Shown here one piece after another: positions 12,381 through 23,370 of a stretch of 64,000 nucleotides of DNA. Below the pieces are notes generated by a model. That model searched no databases. It worked only from the letters and a program-made list of their open reading frames with translations, and was not told the origin of the DNA. Source of the stretch: Lytechinus pictus (Eukaryota); assembly GCF_037042905.1 (NCBI RefSeq), contig NC_087252.1, positions 10,418,001 to 10,482,000 of the forward strand, given 5' to 3'. The position numbers were made by a program, and so were the translations under genes. Each line of letters starts with the position of its first letter. Within the stretch, counting starts at the first letter, position 1.

Positions 12381-14183
12381 TGGAAAATATATATTATGGA
12401 GATGCACATGTAATCCGTTAATGAAGTCCAATTAAAAAATATTGTTACTAAAGGGATATGCAGTGACTTATTCGTTATGAAACTTTAGAACATCACAGTC
12501 TGGCTTTTAAAACACGGAAAACGGTCTAATTGATAGCCAAAATTAGAAATTAAATGGATTATATGTGGATTCAGTTCTGAGAATTTTTTTTTTCAATATT
12601 GGGACAATTTGACGAGCGTAATGGATAAAAACACAGGACATCTCTCATTTTCAGCAGACAGTTTTCACTTTATTTTGCTGAAGAAAATGCACTAAATATA
12701 AATACATTTATGTGTGATCAGATTCTGTTGGTCGGGAACATAACTACTCCAAAGGATATTAAATGCAACTGATTGACTATTAGGACGTGAGAATTACAGT
12801 ACTGTTTTGACAATTTATCATCCGTAATTGTAAATATAAATGAATTGATTGATATCATAACTCAAGATACCATTTTATAATAAAAATATAAGCAATTAAT
12901 AGTGACATTCGCTTAAATACAGATAGGTTCGTGAAATTCATTGAATCTTCACCAGTGTGCTTTTAAATGGGAAGGCCCTCCGTGCAGGAGTTTACCTTTG
13001 TATGCAGATGTGGGTGTGGGAGTGGGTGCATCTGTTTATGCCCATAGATATATGCGAATAAAAATGTGATTACACAATTAAATCATTAAAGCTAAGTTAG
13101 TTATTTTCTTCCACTGATAATCAATAATTTGACAGATCCCATAACAAAACATGTACAAAACAAAAGGTACAAAATAGAAAGAAATACATAAAAAAATTCA
13201 AAAACAATAAAATACATTATTATTCACTGTGATATTATATTATAAGGGCCTTACAATTATTTATAATGATGTAAATGCAATTTGTACCAGAAATATAAAC
13301 ATTTGAGCTGAAATTATCAAATTATAGCATAATGATCCAAAATATGCATAAATTTGCATAATCAATTAGCCGCAAACAAAAATAACAAGTTTTCCCGAAA
13401 GGTACACGTATGTATGCAGGATTTTGCAGTATTCATGTCTGTGAAAGCGAATATAATTAAAGAACATTGTCGAAATAATATTCTGAATTGTCAATTTGGC
13501 AGCCATTTTGTTTATGCAAATTAGGTGGTCAAAACATGAGAAATTAGCTTGGGAACCGATCTTATCAGATTCAGCATATTTGAATTGTGTGAAATAAACC
13601 GGTTCCCAACTTTTACCCCAAAATGCTTCTTAAAGTTTATACAGGCCTCTTTTTCCAGAATGGGTCTAGTCTATATGTCCCTTGCATGGGTTGTGACTCG
13701 TCAGGGGGGGGGGGGGGGGTGGCAGTGTCCTCCCCCCGTAGGTACGCTAGTGGATGCATGGTAGGTACATAATTATTCAAAGTAGATACAGAAGCCAAAT
13801 AGACATTGATAGTTCTACAGCTAAATGGTGAAGCCACAGCAACCTGCAAACAAAACACAAACAAACAAAAAAACAGTCAAAACGTTCCCCATATAGCAAG
13901 TGGAAAATAATATGTAAATGAGTCTAGCATTGTCATGTTTTATTGTTGTGCATTAACTTTGATAAACAAAAACGTTACAATTTCATGTGTTGCAATAATT
14001 GCCCCATATGTGTGTTACAAATTAACCCGTGTTATGGGGTAATTGTAACACTTGAATTCTTGTTTTAAAACGATAACATCTTCTAAATTAATTGTTTAAC
14101 TTAACCCAACCTTATTTACTTTTTTTAAGCCAAGATATGCATGCTTCGTTTTATTCAGGTTTAAGCAAGTATCTCCCTTTTAA

Positions 14184-15194
14184 GGGGAAATTCACCCCGA
14201 AGGCAAGTTTGTTGTAAAAATAGCAAGAATAGTTTATATGTGAAGGTTTGAGGAAAATCCATTAAAGATTAAGAAAATTATTAGAATTTCAAGTTATTTA
14301 TTTGTGTCATCATAAACGAGCAGCTGCCCCATATAAAATGCATAAATTTCCGTTTTTATGGTTCCTGATGAGGCTGATGACTTTTTGTTTTCTTTTTAGG
14401 AACAGGGGTGAAATAAATTTCTATTGATACACTGAAGGAACAGCAAAAACATTTTCAATTTTCTGAGAAATGATTTTTTTTTACCATACGATATGTAGAA
14501 AAGCTCCTCGCAGATTAAAGGGATCGTTTAACTTTGTGAGCAGCTGATTTAAAAAAATCTCAAACTGAGACAAAACATGTGTATGAGATGAGTGCCTGTA
14601 TTTGTCCTAAAAAACCCTGAAACCGACCACAATATAGGATGAAAAACTCTAATTAAGATACAAGTAGCAATTTATTAGCTTGATTTTGAAAACCGTCTAG
14701 TAGATGGGTTCCAGCTTATGACCAGTTTTCTCCAATTCAAAAAGTCCGTTGGCTATGTTGACTGCCTTCTCTTGTGTGTATCTCCTATACACACACGCCA
14801 TTATTAGCTGCACTGTACATTCAGTGTATACCTTGTACACTGTATGTAGGTCATGCTGTGTTGTGTTGCACAGATTCGCTCTATAACCAACTCCCAAATA
14901 TTTTCAAACTTTGGTTTACATCTCCAAGGTTTTAAAATTGATCCTGTAGATATAATAGGCCTACTTTGAAACTTTTGGGATGGTATTTTTACACTATAAG
15001 CCTAATGTTTAGCCCATTTTCAAGAACCAAAGTAAGAATTTTTTAAATCAGAACAAAGTGAAATGATCACTTTAAGGTAAAATCATTATAACTTTATATT
15101 GTTTTTTTTTCTCTCTAACATTCGGTATCTTTTTATATTCTTTTTTTCTGCTATTTTTATAACAAACTTTTTGCAGGCCGGGTGAACTCCCACT
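14184..15194. mobile_element. TTAA-target (Kolobok-like) MITE with a second TTAA MITE nested at 14519-15071
   Basis: Outer element: TTAA-GGGGAAATTCACCCCG...CGGGTGAACTCCCACT-TTAA. Inner element: TTAA-AGGGATCGTTTAACTTTG...CAAAGTGAAATGATCACT-TTAA. Confidence 0.7.
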
Positions 15195-15856
15195 TTAATA
15201 AAGTTTATAGGTCAACTTAAGAAAAATGTGTTGTCCTCTGTCTCTTACCCGCATCGCATTCCATTGGTCAAAAGTTTAATGACGTGTACGTAGGCCTTTT
15301 TGTGCTTTCGCCATATAGGCCATAGAGATGTATACTAATTATATCTCTATGATATAGGCACAGTACAGGCGCACCACTGAACTCTTCCACTAACAAAGCA
15401 CTGAAGGCATGCCATAGAGTTGGATAGTGCATGCGCAGAGCTATATGGATATGCACACGCCACTCCAAGCTTGCAAAATGATGCGCGCGCAGCATTTAGT
15501 GTGTCTTCTATACGATTCGTCCACCGATCAACTCATTGTGTATGTACAATCGTCCATTACTGCAATAACAGTAAATTCGTCGCATTTTAAATAAATCCAA
15601 CCCGAATGGAAATACTTTATGAGCAAAACATATGCATATAAAAAATCTTGAATTCTTACAATTGGATTATAACAGCCTTGGTCTGAAAAGTGGCTTTTGA
15701 ACTCCATCCTGAGAACTTCTGCATCGCTGCAATGTGGAGCCTGTCTGTACATCGCGAAAAGAAAATTGGCCGACTTTGATAAGGTGGAGATGTACCGCGC
15801 TAATATGGTCATATGGCGTTAGCTATCCAGAATTCTATGTACGCGATGTATCACAT

Positions 15857-15867
15857 CCGCCATCTTG
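15857..15867 (+). promoter_or_regulatory. YY1-like CCGCCATCTTG motif ~90 bp upstream of the THAP start codon; probable TSS region
   Basis: Matches the CCGCCATNTT consensus in a locally CpG-richer stretch just upstream of exon 1. Confidence 0.35.
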
Positions 15868-15954
15868 CTCTGCGTGGACAATTAACTGTGAGAGTGGTTT
15901 TGAATGTGAGATCATTTGCTTGGACTTGGTCAGTTTGATGAAATTTTCGAAAAC

Positions 15955-16037
15955 ATGCCGTCTTGTGCTCATATCTACTGCCGGAATTCAACGACGAATT
16001 TCAAGACAAAAGATGGGCGAATGTTTTCTTTCCATGA
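15955..16037 (+). CDS. THAP + C2H2 zinc-finger protein, exon 1 (THAP N-terminal half)
   Basis: aaacATG start. MPSCAHIYCRNSTTNFKTKDGRMFSFH carries the THAP C-x4-C and FH motifs. Donor GA|gtgagt (phase 2) joins exon 2 to give FHEFP. Confidence 0.9.
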
Positions 16038-16084
16038 GTGAGTATTTCCAAATGCCAAACTTGTCTCACTAAAACTTTAAAAGT

Positions 16085-16734
16085 ATGATGGGGTGTCCAA
16101 ACTTCGCGGACTTTTCAAAAATATTCATCAGGCTTAAATTTGTTCACAAAATATTCATAATTTATACAAAACCAATTCAAGAAATAGTTACCACATTGAC
16201 GGCAAGATCCTAAACTATAAAATCGTGGACGAAAATGTAAAGTAGGTCAAGGGATTTCGCCGGTATCGCGATCTCAAAATTCTATTCCGATTGGCGAATG
16301 CGCGCTATGCTAGAAAACCGTTCTGAAAAAGTGTGACCTAACTTCGCGGACCAAAGTTTTGTGGAGATTTAAACAAAAACTCAAGCTCAAAAAGTGACAT
16401 ATTTATATCAGATTGACGGCAAAATGCTATAGAATCGGTTAGTACCACATTTAACTCACATTTTTGATGATTTCTGCTTGCAAAATGGTGATATCGTAAT
16501 GCTTGTTGAGAATATCAGATTTCTTCAAAACGGGCGCTAACGGTGACAAATTTGCCGATCTTTTGTCAATATTTTCATGAATACTGAACTCATCTGAAAG
16601 AAACTTACACCAAAGGGTAATTTTAGGTTGCTTTTCATGTTGATGATGTCAGATTTTAAGGATATTGGCTAGTTTTTGAGATAATGACCGTCCGCGAAGT
16701 ATGGACACGCGCGAAGTTTGGACTCACTGCCATA
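16085..16734. mobile_element. TA-flanked MITE (Tc1/mariner-like) in intron 1
   Basis: GTGTCCAAACTTCGCGGAC on the left vs GTCCGCGAAGTATGGACAC / CGCGAAGTTTGGACTCACTGCCATA on the right. An older relative lies at ~29557-29830. Confidence 0.6.
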
Positions 16735-16771
16735 AAACAAACGTCTTGACTTTTTTGTCTCCGCCTCGCGC

Positions 16772-16844
16772 TAGCCTGGAGGCGTCTGGAGAGTAAAAAT
16801 CATGGTACTATACGTACCCTCACTCTCCAGACGCCTCCAGGCTA
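16772..16844. mobile_element. 73-bp micro-MITE
   Basis: Perfect 23-bp TIR TAGCCTGGAGGCGTCTGGAGAGT and 8-bp TSD CCTCGCGC (16764-16771, 16845-16852). A degenerate sibling lies at ~17128-17199. Confidence 0.85.
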
Positions 16845-17442
16845 CCTCGCGCCTCGCCGGTGTAACCAACCCAGCCCCAGGGAGCTCCGGCCCACTTCGC
16901 GGGCCGGAGCCCAGGAGTCGACCGTGCAAAACGAGGGAGACAATGAATGGCCCGATTCAATGGGGTAGATTGGGGTCTCAATATTACTTAGTAATCTTAA
17001 TAAAATGTGGAAACAGAAATTATGCACTTGCACGATTTTGGATGACGGTCTATCCGATAACTCTCCAATAATATGGGACTGGGAGACAATCTCCCATATT
17101 AATTATTGCCTTGGGCTTGGTCTGGACTAGCCAGGCGGCTTCTAGAGAGTAAAAATCATTTTTTACTAACGTAAGGTCACTCTCATGAAGCCAGGGCTTC
17201 CGTCATATACTTTTGTGTGTACCACCAAAAAACCTGAAACTTTCTCCCCCGAGATTTCTACTTTCTTTCTAAATAAAAGATCTAGCCCTAAATCATGTAC
17301 ATGGGATAAAACTTCATTTCCGACATTTCTACGCTCTCGTTGTTATTTTTGAACAAGAATTCATCAAAAAAATGAGAGAAATATTGTGTAAAGACGGAAG
17401 AGACTTGCCCGATGTTTACGCCGTGTTTGGCATGTATGGAAA

Positions 17443-18056
17443 TAACCCAGAGAGCTCCGGCCCGCGTAGCGGGCCGGAGCCCAGACGCTCAGTGTGCAAT
17501 CGGGCATTCAGACGAGAGTTCCGTGAAGTTTGGTCTAAATCATTTTCATAATAAATAATTAAAACAGAAATTAAGCACTTACCACGATTGTATGGATGAT
17601 AGTCTAACGAGTGGCAGTTTCCTGACATCGAGGCACAGACTGGAACCTCAAAAAACGATAAGTTCTGTCGCGGTGGCTCTCCTTCTTTCAGAATTCATAG
17701 CAAAATGGCCGTTCGAGAGGGTGTAGGGCGCATGCGCGAATTTGACAAAGTCTATATGCGCTAGTGCTATACTAGCCTCGGTCTCGATCGGCCATTTTGT
17801 GTTGAATTCTGAAAGAGGAGAGCTACCGCGACAGAACTTATCGTTTTTTGAGGTTCCAGTCTGTGCCTCGATGTCAGGAAACTGCCACTCGTTAGACTAT
17901 CATCCATACAATCGTGGTAAGTGCTTAATTTCTGTTTTAATTATTTATTATGAAAATGATTTAGACCAAACTTCACGGAACTCTCGTCTGAATGCCCGAT
18001 TGCACACTGAGCGTCTGGGCTCCGGCCCGCTACGCGGGCCGGAGCTCTCTGGGTTA
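17443..18056. mobile_element. Young foldback element with ~270-bp TIRs and 9-bp TSD (AcademH- or MULE-like)
   Basis: Arms are near-identical for >200 bp starting TAACCCAGAGAGCTCCGGCCCGCGTAGCGGGCCGGAGC. TSD GTATGGAAA at 17434-17442 and 18057-18065. Related single arms lie at ~16862-17045 and ~40362-40503. Confidence 0.9.
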
Positions 18057-18137
18057 GTATGGAAAGAGAAAATTCACTGATGAGTGATGCTGACTAAGTT
18101 AGACAGGCCTTACCTCTGAGTCTGACACAGTGACAGG

Positions 18138-19226
18138 CAGGGTGACCAGATTTCACAAAATGAAATACGGGACAATCGACAAAAAAAATCAACAAAGAAG
18201 GCTAGACCTACAGGCTACACTGTACTCTGTTGTGTTAGACTTGTAAAAAAATTACAAGAATTGGAAGGGAGGGTGAACGAAAGAATGAAGGAGAGAAAGA
18301 AAAGAGATGAATTAAGAAGAAATAAAGAAAAAAAATGAAGGAAAAAATAATTTACAATAAAAGAAGGATGAAAGAAAGAATAAATGAGAGAAAAAAGGTT
18401 TCCATCATTCTGTGAAATGAATATAGAAAGAAAGGAAGGGAAGATGAATAAATGTGTGAAAGATAAAATAAAGGAGAGAAAGAAAGTACTTAAGAAAAAA
18501 TGAGTAGGAAAGAAAAAGGTTTCCTTCATTCTTCGAAAGAAAGAAAAACAAAGAAAGAAGAAGGAAGGGAAAGAAAGAATAAGGAAAAAGAATTAGAAGA
18601 GAAAAATAAAGAATGAAAGAAAGGGGGGAAAGAATAAAGGGAGGAGAGAATGGGAAAAAAGGAAAATAATGGAAGGAGAGAAAGAACGAAAAGAAAAGGG
18701 AGAAGGAAACAAAGAAAAGTTCAAGGAAAGAAAGAATGAAGGAAATTAGATAGAGAAGGAAAGTAAGAGAAAGACAAATGAAAAAAAGAGAGAGAGAAAG
18801 GTTCAGGAAAACAATAGGAAATAAAGATAGATGGAACATGAAAGGGCAATCAGGACGGATAGAAGGATGAATTAAGAAAGAAGAATAGAAAAAAAGAGGA
18901 AAAAATTCAAACTTCAAGCAAACAAAAATAATCCAATCATCTAACAAAAATCATATGATATTTGGTGTTTTTGTTTAAGTATTTTTAGAATAAAAAAAAT
19001 GAAATATTTTAGAAATTAATAAAATTTCAAAGTGAAACATTGTCAAACTTAAAAATTAGATTAAAAATTGCGGCATCATACACAACAAAACGAAAGCTGA
19101 AACAACGAGATAGATCTAGTCCAAAAAACTCAAATAACTTTTTCCTCTGATTACATCTCCAAATCAGTAATCTGAGAATCCATAATATAATTATAAAAAA
19201 TTTCCTGCCGATTTTGTGATTATTGA
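18138..19226 (+). mobile_element. Left part of a hAT-like element (CAGGGTGACCAGA terminus) with purine-rich low-complexity interior
   Basis: Terminus CAGGGTGACCAGA plus AAATACGGGACA subterminal motif. The interior is homologous to 40505-41210. The complementary terminus TCTGGTCACCCTG is at 46150-46162. Confidence 0.7.
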
Positions 19227-19239
19227 CCATACTACATGT

Positions 19240-19578
19240 AAGATTCTATAACATGTAATGTTATTCAGCATTTCACTCATGTTCACTCATTTTCCATGTT
19301 CTATCAGTGATTTAAAGCCCGCACGTAATTGTCTTTGCACGTTATGAATTCACCGCCGATTCAAAAAAACATTGCTTCCGCAATACGTCGCCAGCGGGCG
19401 CTGCGGCGATACTTGCGGAAGCGATGTTTTCAAATTGGCGAAAAATTATAACATGCAAAGTCGAAGATAATGACATGTAGGTAAGGGCTTTAAATCACCG
19501 ATTTTGAGATTGATACTAGTGATAGAAGCTTGGACCAGAGTGAAATGCTGGATTAGGGTCTACATGTTATAGATTCTT
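19240..19578. mobile_element. Palindromic non-autonomous element
   Basis: AAGATTCTATAACATGTA...CAGCATTTCACTC is inverted relative to GAGTGAAATGCTG...TACATGTTATAGATTCTT. An internal inverted repeat surrounds ~19395. Confidence 0.6.
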
Positions 19579-20355
19579 GGTAAGGTCATGTTTTTGCATC
19601 AATACGTTTTAGTCAACCAAAAATCACACCTTTTGTGCATCGAAGTGGCAATTTCTATTGATAATCCCTGAAGGTTGCAGTGCACAAAGTAGGAGAAAGA
19701 CATGTTTTGTATTTTAAACATGAATGTTATAATCCAACATTTTTAATAGTGGGAAGAGTGTTTGCGACAGCCACCCAAAATTGAAAATCAAAATATGGAG
19801 AAGGTTCAAAATAATATATCTAGCCCTAATAATATGATGGGAGAGTGGAAATACATGGCTTTATTCCGTCAAATTTTCGAGCAGAATCGTGTGTGCGTGT
19901 ATTTGTCCATAGACATCGGTTTATTTATTGAGTAAAGGGTCTGAAAACCTAGAGGCTAGACTAGTCGAAGTATCAGCTTATGATCGCTAGAAAACTCCAT
20001 CGGAGATCAGCTCTTCTCGCTAGCATAGCAGGAAGAATCTTGACAGCAATTACGACATCATGAGTTCGAGTCCCAGCTAAGGTAAAAGAAAGTTTAACAC
20101 AAAAAAAAATAAACGATGGAGAAACAGGAAGTTAATGAACCAGAAGTCTCAACAGATTTTGTTACTTTTGGTTGGCTGTCGCTAGAGGAATTCTTTCCGA
20201 TTAATTAGCTGAGTAGAAATGTATTGTGACTAAAGTTACAGGTGTATTGTCATGAAATTGGTGTCATTTAAAAGCTTATAATAAGCTTTCTCGGGGTTAA
20301 AAGTATAAATAATAGATTTTATTTTGAAAATTATTATTGAATTGCGATCTTGCAG

Positions 20356-20551
20356 GTTTCCAGCTGATGCTGCAACTCGACAATTATGGCTTGAGTACCT
20401 TCAGCGAGATGGATTCGTGCCCACCTCAAGGTCAGTAATCTGTTCCGAGCACTTCAAAAAGGTCTGCTTTCAACCTAAATCTGGCACCCATCCCCCCCAG
20501 TTACGTTATGGTGCTGTACCAACGCTGTTTTCTAGACAGTGGAACACCAAG
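20356..20551 (+). CDS. THAP + C2H2 zinc-finger protein, exon 2 (THAP C-terminal half)
   Basis: Acceptor ttgcag. FPADAATRQLWLEYLQRDGFVPTSRSVICSEHF...LRYGAVPTLF has the THAP P, W, CxxHF and AVPTLF signatures. Donor AAG|gtgggt (phase 0). Confidence 0.93.
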
Positions 20552-20640
20552 GTGGGTTCATGATAATGATATTTTGTTTTTATGATTAATGCTATTCTAG
20601 CTAAATTCAGGGTATTTGGAATATGAAATATGGCCCGGGG

Positions 20641-21422
20641 TAGTCTGCTGTGCAAACCCTTTGAACACTCGAGTTAAGGGTCTGAATGTGCAGCCTATAA
20701 TGCGTTGTCTACTGAAGGCCCTCTCGCTTAATTGAAACAGCAAGTTTTGTATATGTGCTAGTCATTGCGTGAAAACCCACTTGTGGATCAAAGTTTCAAT
20801 CAGGGTCTGTGCCCTGTGCCTGCAGACAGGTAGTCTGCAGGCATAGACCCTGATTGAAACTTTGATCAACAAGTGGGTCTCCACGCAAAGAATAGCACAT
20901 ACAAAATTTGCTGTTTCAATAAGCCAGTTCACGGTTAGCTCATGATCAACTTTTCTCAAATGACCTTTGTGATTTTTCATTAGGATAAGCACTATCATTT
21001 TCAAATGTAGATGTTGCGTAAGCTTTACCGGTAGAGTATTCAAATTCTAAGAACAAAAGGCATTGCATAGACCAGGTGACTATAAAAGTACATCAGGGAT
21101 AAAGTTTGGAAATCTGTTTTATTGTCTGCCTTTGGCACATTTGACTATTGTTTAGGCTACTGTCAAATACCAGTGATTATGAAGGCTCTATTTATTACTC
21201 TTCAGCTTGGATGTGATAAATATTTTGAAAGGAATACATGAATAATCATCAAATCACAAATGCCTATGTCAGTGAATTTGAAAGCCACCTTCATGGTTGT
21301 CTCCAATGACCTTTTTCTGCTCGTGCGCAGTTTACAACCGTGAACAGGCTTATTCTACACAAGGCATGAGTAGGCTGCAATTCAGACCCTTAACTTGAGT
21401 GAAGGGTTTGCACAGCAGACTG
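20641..21422. mobile_element. Academ-like non-autonomous element built from ~60-bp TAG...CTA hairpin modules
   Basis: TIR TAGTCTGCTGTGCAAACCCTT...AAGGGTCTGAA vs TTCAGACCCTT...AAGGGTTTGCACAGCAGACT, with G-runs on both flanks. Internal inverted pair at ~20762-20893. Confidence 0.7.
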
Positions 21423-21659
21423 GGGGGGGGGGGTGAGTTGGGAGGGGCTGGTAGGCCATTCCATTCTTGAATAAATGATTTTTTTTTTTTAGCACAAAAA
21501 GAAATTTAATTCTGTATCTTAAAATGATTATGTGCTTTTAACAAAAAGCTACTCTCATATTAAAAAATGGGATTTTATGAGAAAACGGCTTGCCATATAC
21601 ATAGCATACATGTGCTTTTAAAAGTGTCCAAGGGTAACAGCTTCTTTGGAGATATGATT

Positions 21660-21865
21660 TCATTTCCAACCATGGCATTATTTCCTTCAGCAAGAAATTG
21701 ATCCACATTGTGCTGCACTCGACCCAGGTAAGGTAAATTGATACCCAGCAGGATTAATTCCTTGAATGCACCCAGCGCCTTTCATAGCTGTAGCTGGGGT
21801 AATATCCTCGGAATAGTTTTAAATACTAGATAGATAGCGCATAATGAATGCTGTGTTTATTAATA
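21660..21865 (+). mobile_element. SINE fragment (same family as 54360-54655)
   Basis: CATGGCATTATTTCCTTCAGCAAGAAATTGATCCACATTGTGCTGCACTCGACCCAGGT matches the reverse complement of 54548-54605. Confidence 0.7.
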
Positions 21866-22013
21866 TGATAATTAGTGCCTCATAAATCCTATATTTGTTG
21901 TAGTAGTTGTACAGAACTTACAGAATTCACATTGTTTTTTATAAATTTTAAGATTAGTATTTCATTTTCATTTATTTATGTGTACCAGTCTTTGTTTTTA
22001 TTAATGAATGAAG

Positions 22014-22442
22014 GTCGTGGGGAAAGAAGAGGAAGATGACAAATCAAGCGATGGGGAGCGTGAGAGCTGGAGCAGGTGGCACAGCTTGAAAGACAAGAAT
22101 GGCTCAACGACAGCAGATGGACAGACTGATGCATCCAAAGGACTTCAAGAAATGCAGGAACTCATGGATGAAGATGAGGACGATGACGGAGACTTGAGCG
22201 ACGAAATAGAGGTGGTTGAGGACGATGACAAAGATTCAAACGACGAAAGAGAGGAGATGGAGAATGACGAAAGAGAGAAGGTGGAAGATTCGAGGAAGGA
22301 GGCTTTGGAGGACAGGACTAGAGTAGCATCACGATCTTCAGGAGTAGTGCAGCCAGATGTGCCAGCAAAGAATGGTACGACGCAGAGTGCTCTAGACGTC
22401 ATTCGTAGAAGTGATAAGATCACTCTTGATACAGTTACTATG
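22014..22442 (+). CDS. THAP + C2H2 zinc-finger protein, exon 3 (acidic low-complexity linker)
   Basis: Open, GC-richer, D/E-rich frame bounded by aag| and ATG|gtaagt, phase 0 at both ends. Confidence 0.82.
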
Positions 22443-22608
22443 GTAAGTGAATTTCATCTCTGATGTGACAGTCACACTAACGAAACTGAATCCAAACCAA
22501 CCAATAGTATGTCATTGGAAATAACATTGGTATATTTGGTCAGTCTTGAGTCGGTTCTAATGGTGTGATTGTGTCATTACTTGTCCAAGTCCAACCTAAT
22601 ATACCTGG

Positions 22609-23370
22609 CAAGGCGCGACAAAACCGCTTGCCCGGGGCAAGTGAAAATGACGTGCGGGTAAGCATTTCTCAAAGTCAATTGCCCGATCGGGCAAGTGGTT
22701 GTTTTGAAAATGAAAACGATATTACAGTAAATTTTAATAATTTTTCGATAAATTGCTATTATCGGCCAATTATCTCTCATATAAAATGTCATACCAGTCA
22801 AAAAACAGTGGAAACATGTCAAATCAGCGCCAATTTACCGAAAATTTATCGCCAACGGTCCCGTTCGATGGGGGCTGCCATCTTACTTTCTAAACTATAC
22901 TGTGCGCATGCGCTACTAATCGACAAAGGAGCTAGCTGGGGAAACCCCTCTCTCGCACTCTTAGCGCATGCTCTAATACATCGGCGATGCAGTACATGTA
23001 CGTATGTACACGAGCGATCGCAAGCCAGCCGACTCTCGAGCTAGATCGCGCTGAATGCATGCAAGCTTCGGACTGACTCGGCCAGGACTCGGCTACAACT
23101 TCAAACCAAATAAACAATGAGTCGTCAGACTAAAATAGGCGACTTTTGTCGTCAAGATTGGCGACCAGAACAACTTGAACAAGAGTCAAGAAAAAGAAAT
23201 GCCGAGACCAGTGCCAGTAAATCAAGTTCAACCAGGAGAGAAAAGAATATTTAAGAGCAAAAGAATTTTTGAAAAAAAATCGGGCAAGCAGCTTTTTCTA
23301 TCTGGCAAGCCAATTATTTTATCACTTGCCCGACAGGGCAAGTGATGAAAAAAAAATTTGTAGAGGCCTG
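22609..23370. mobile_element. Non-autonomous DNA transposon with 5-bp TSD (hAT5-like)
   Basis: Termini CAAGGCGCGACAAAA / ATTTGTAGAGGCCTG. TSD CCTGG at 22604-22608 and 23371-23375. Repeated subterminal CTTGCCCG / GGGCAAGTG motifs at both ends. Confidence 0.7.

Larger units (their letters stand above)
9605..13673. mobile_element. Non-autonomous long-TIR (Academ-like) element nested in the hAT MITE
   Basis: Termini TAGACAAGACC / GGTCTAGTCTA with 3-bp TSD TAT (9602-9604, 13674-13676). Imperfect inverted arms are traceable for >600 bp (GCATTTTGGGGTAAAAGTTGGGAACCGGT at both ends; CTCCCACACCCACA at ~10249 vs its complement at ~13010). Confidence 0.8.
9426..13752. mobile_element. hAT-type MITE split by a 4-kb nested insertion
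   Basis: Termini CAGTGGCGTACCTAGG / CGTAGGTACGCTAGTG. Perfect 8-bp TSD GATGCATG at 9418-9425 and 13753-13760. Confidence 0.85.

Noticed and set aside
17742..18080. ORF pair 17742-18080 (+) and 17416-17628 (-) with identical peptide
   Set aside because: Artefact of the foldback arms.
18215..18947. Hydrophobic F/L/S-rich ORFs resembling membrane proteins (also 40679-40924)
   Set aside because: Reverse translation of GA-rich low-complexity DNA.
20324..20563. THAP exon as part of a P-element/THAP9 transposase
   Set aside because: No transposase catalytic exons follow; downstream phase-compatible exons encode an acidic linker and C2H2 fingers.
22565..23044. 159-aa ORF in intron 3
   Set aside because: Lies within a TSD-flanked non-autonomous element and has no recognisable motifs.
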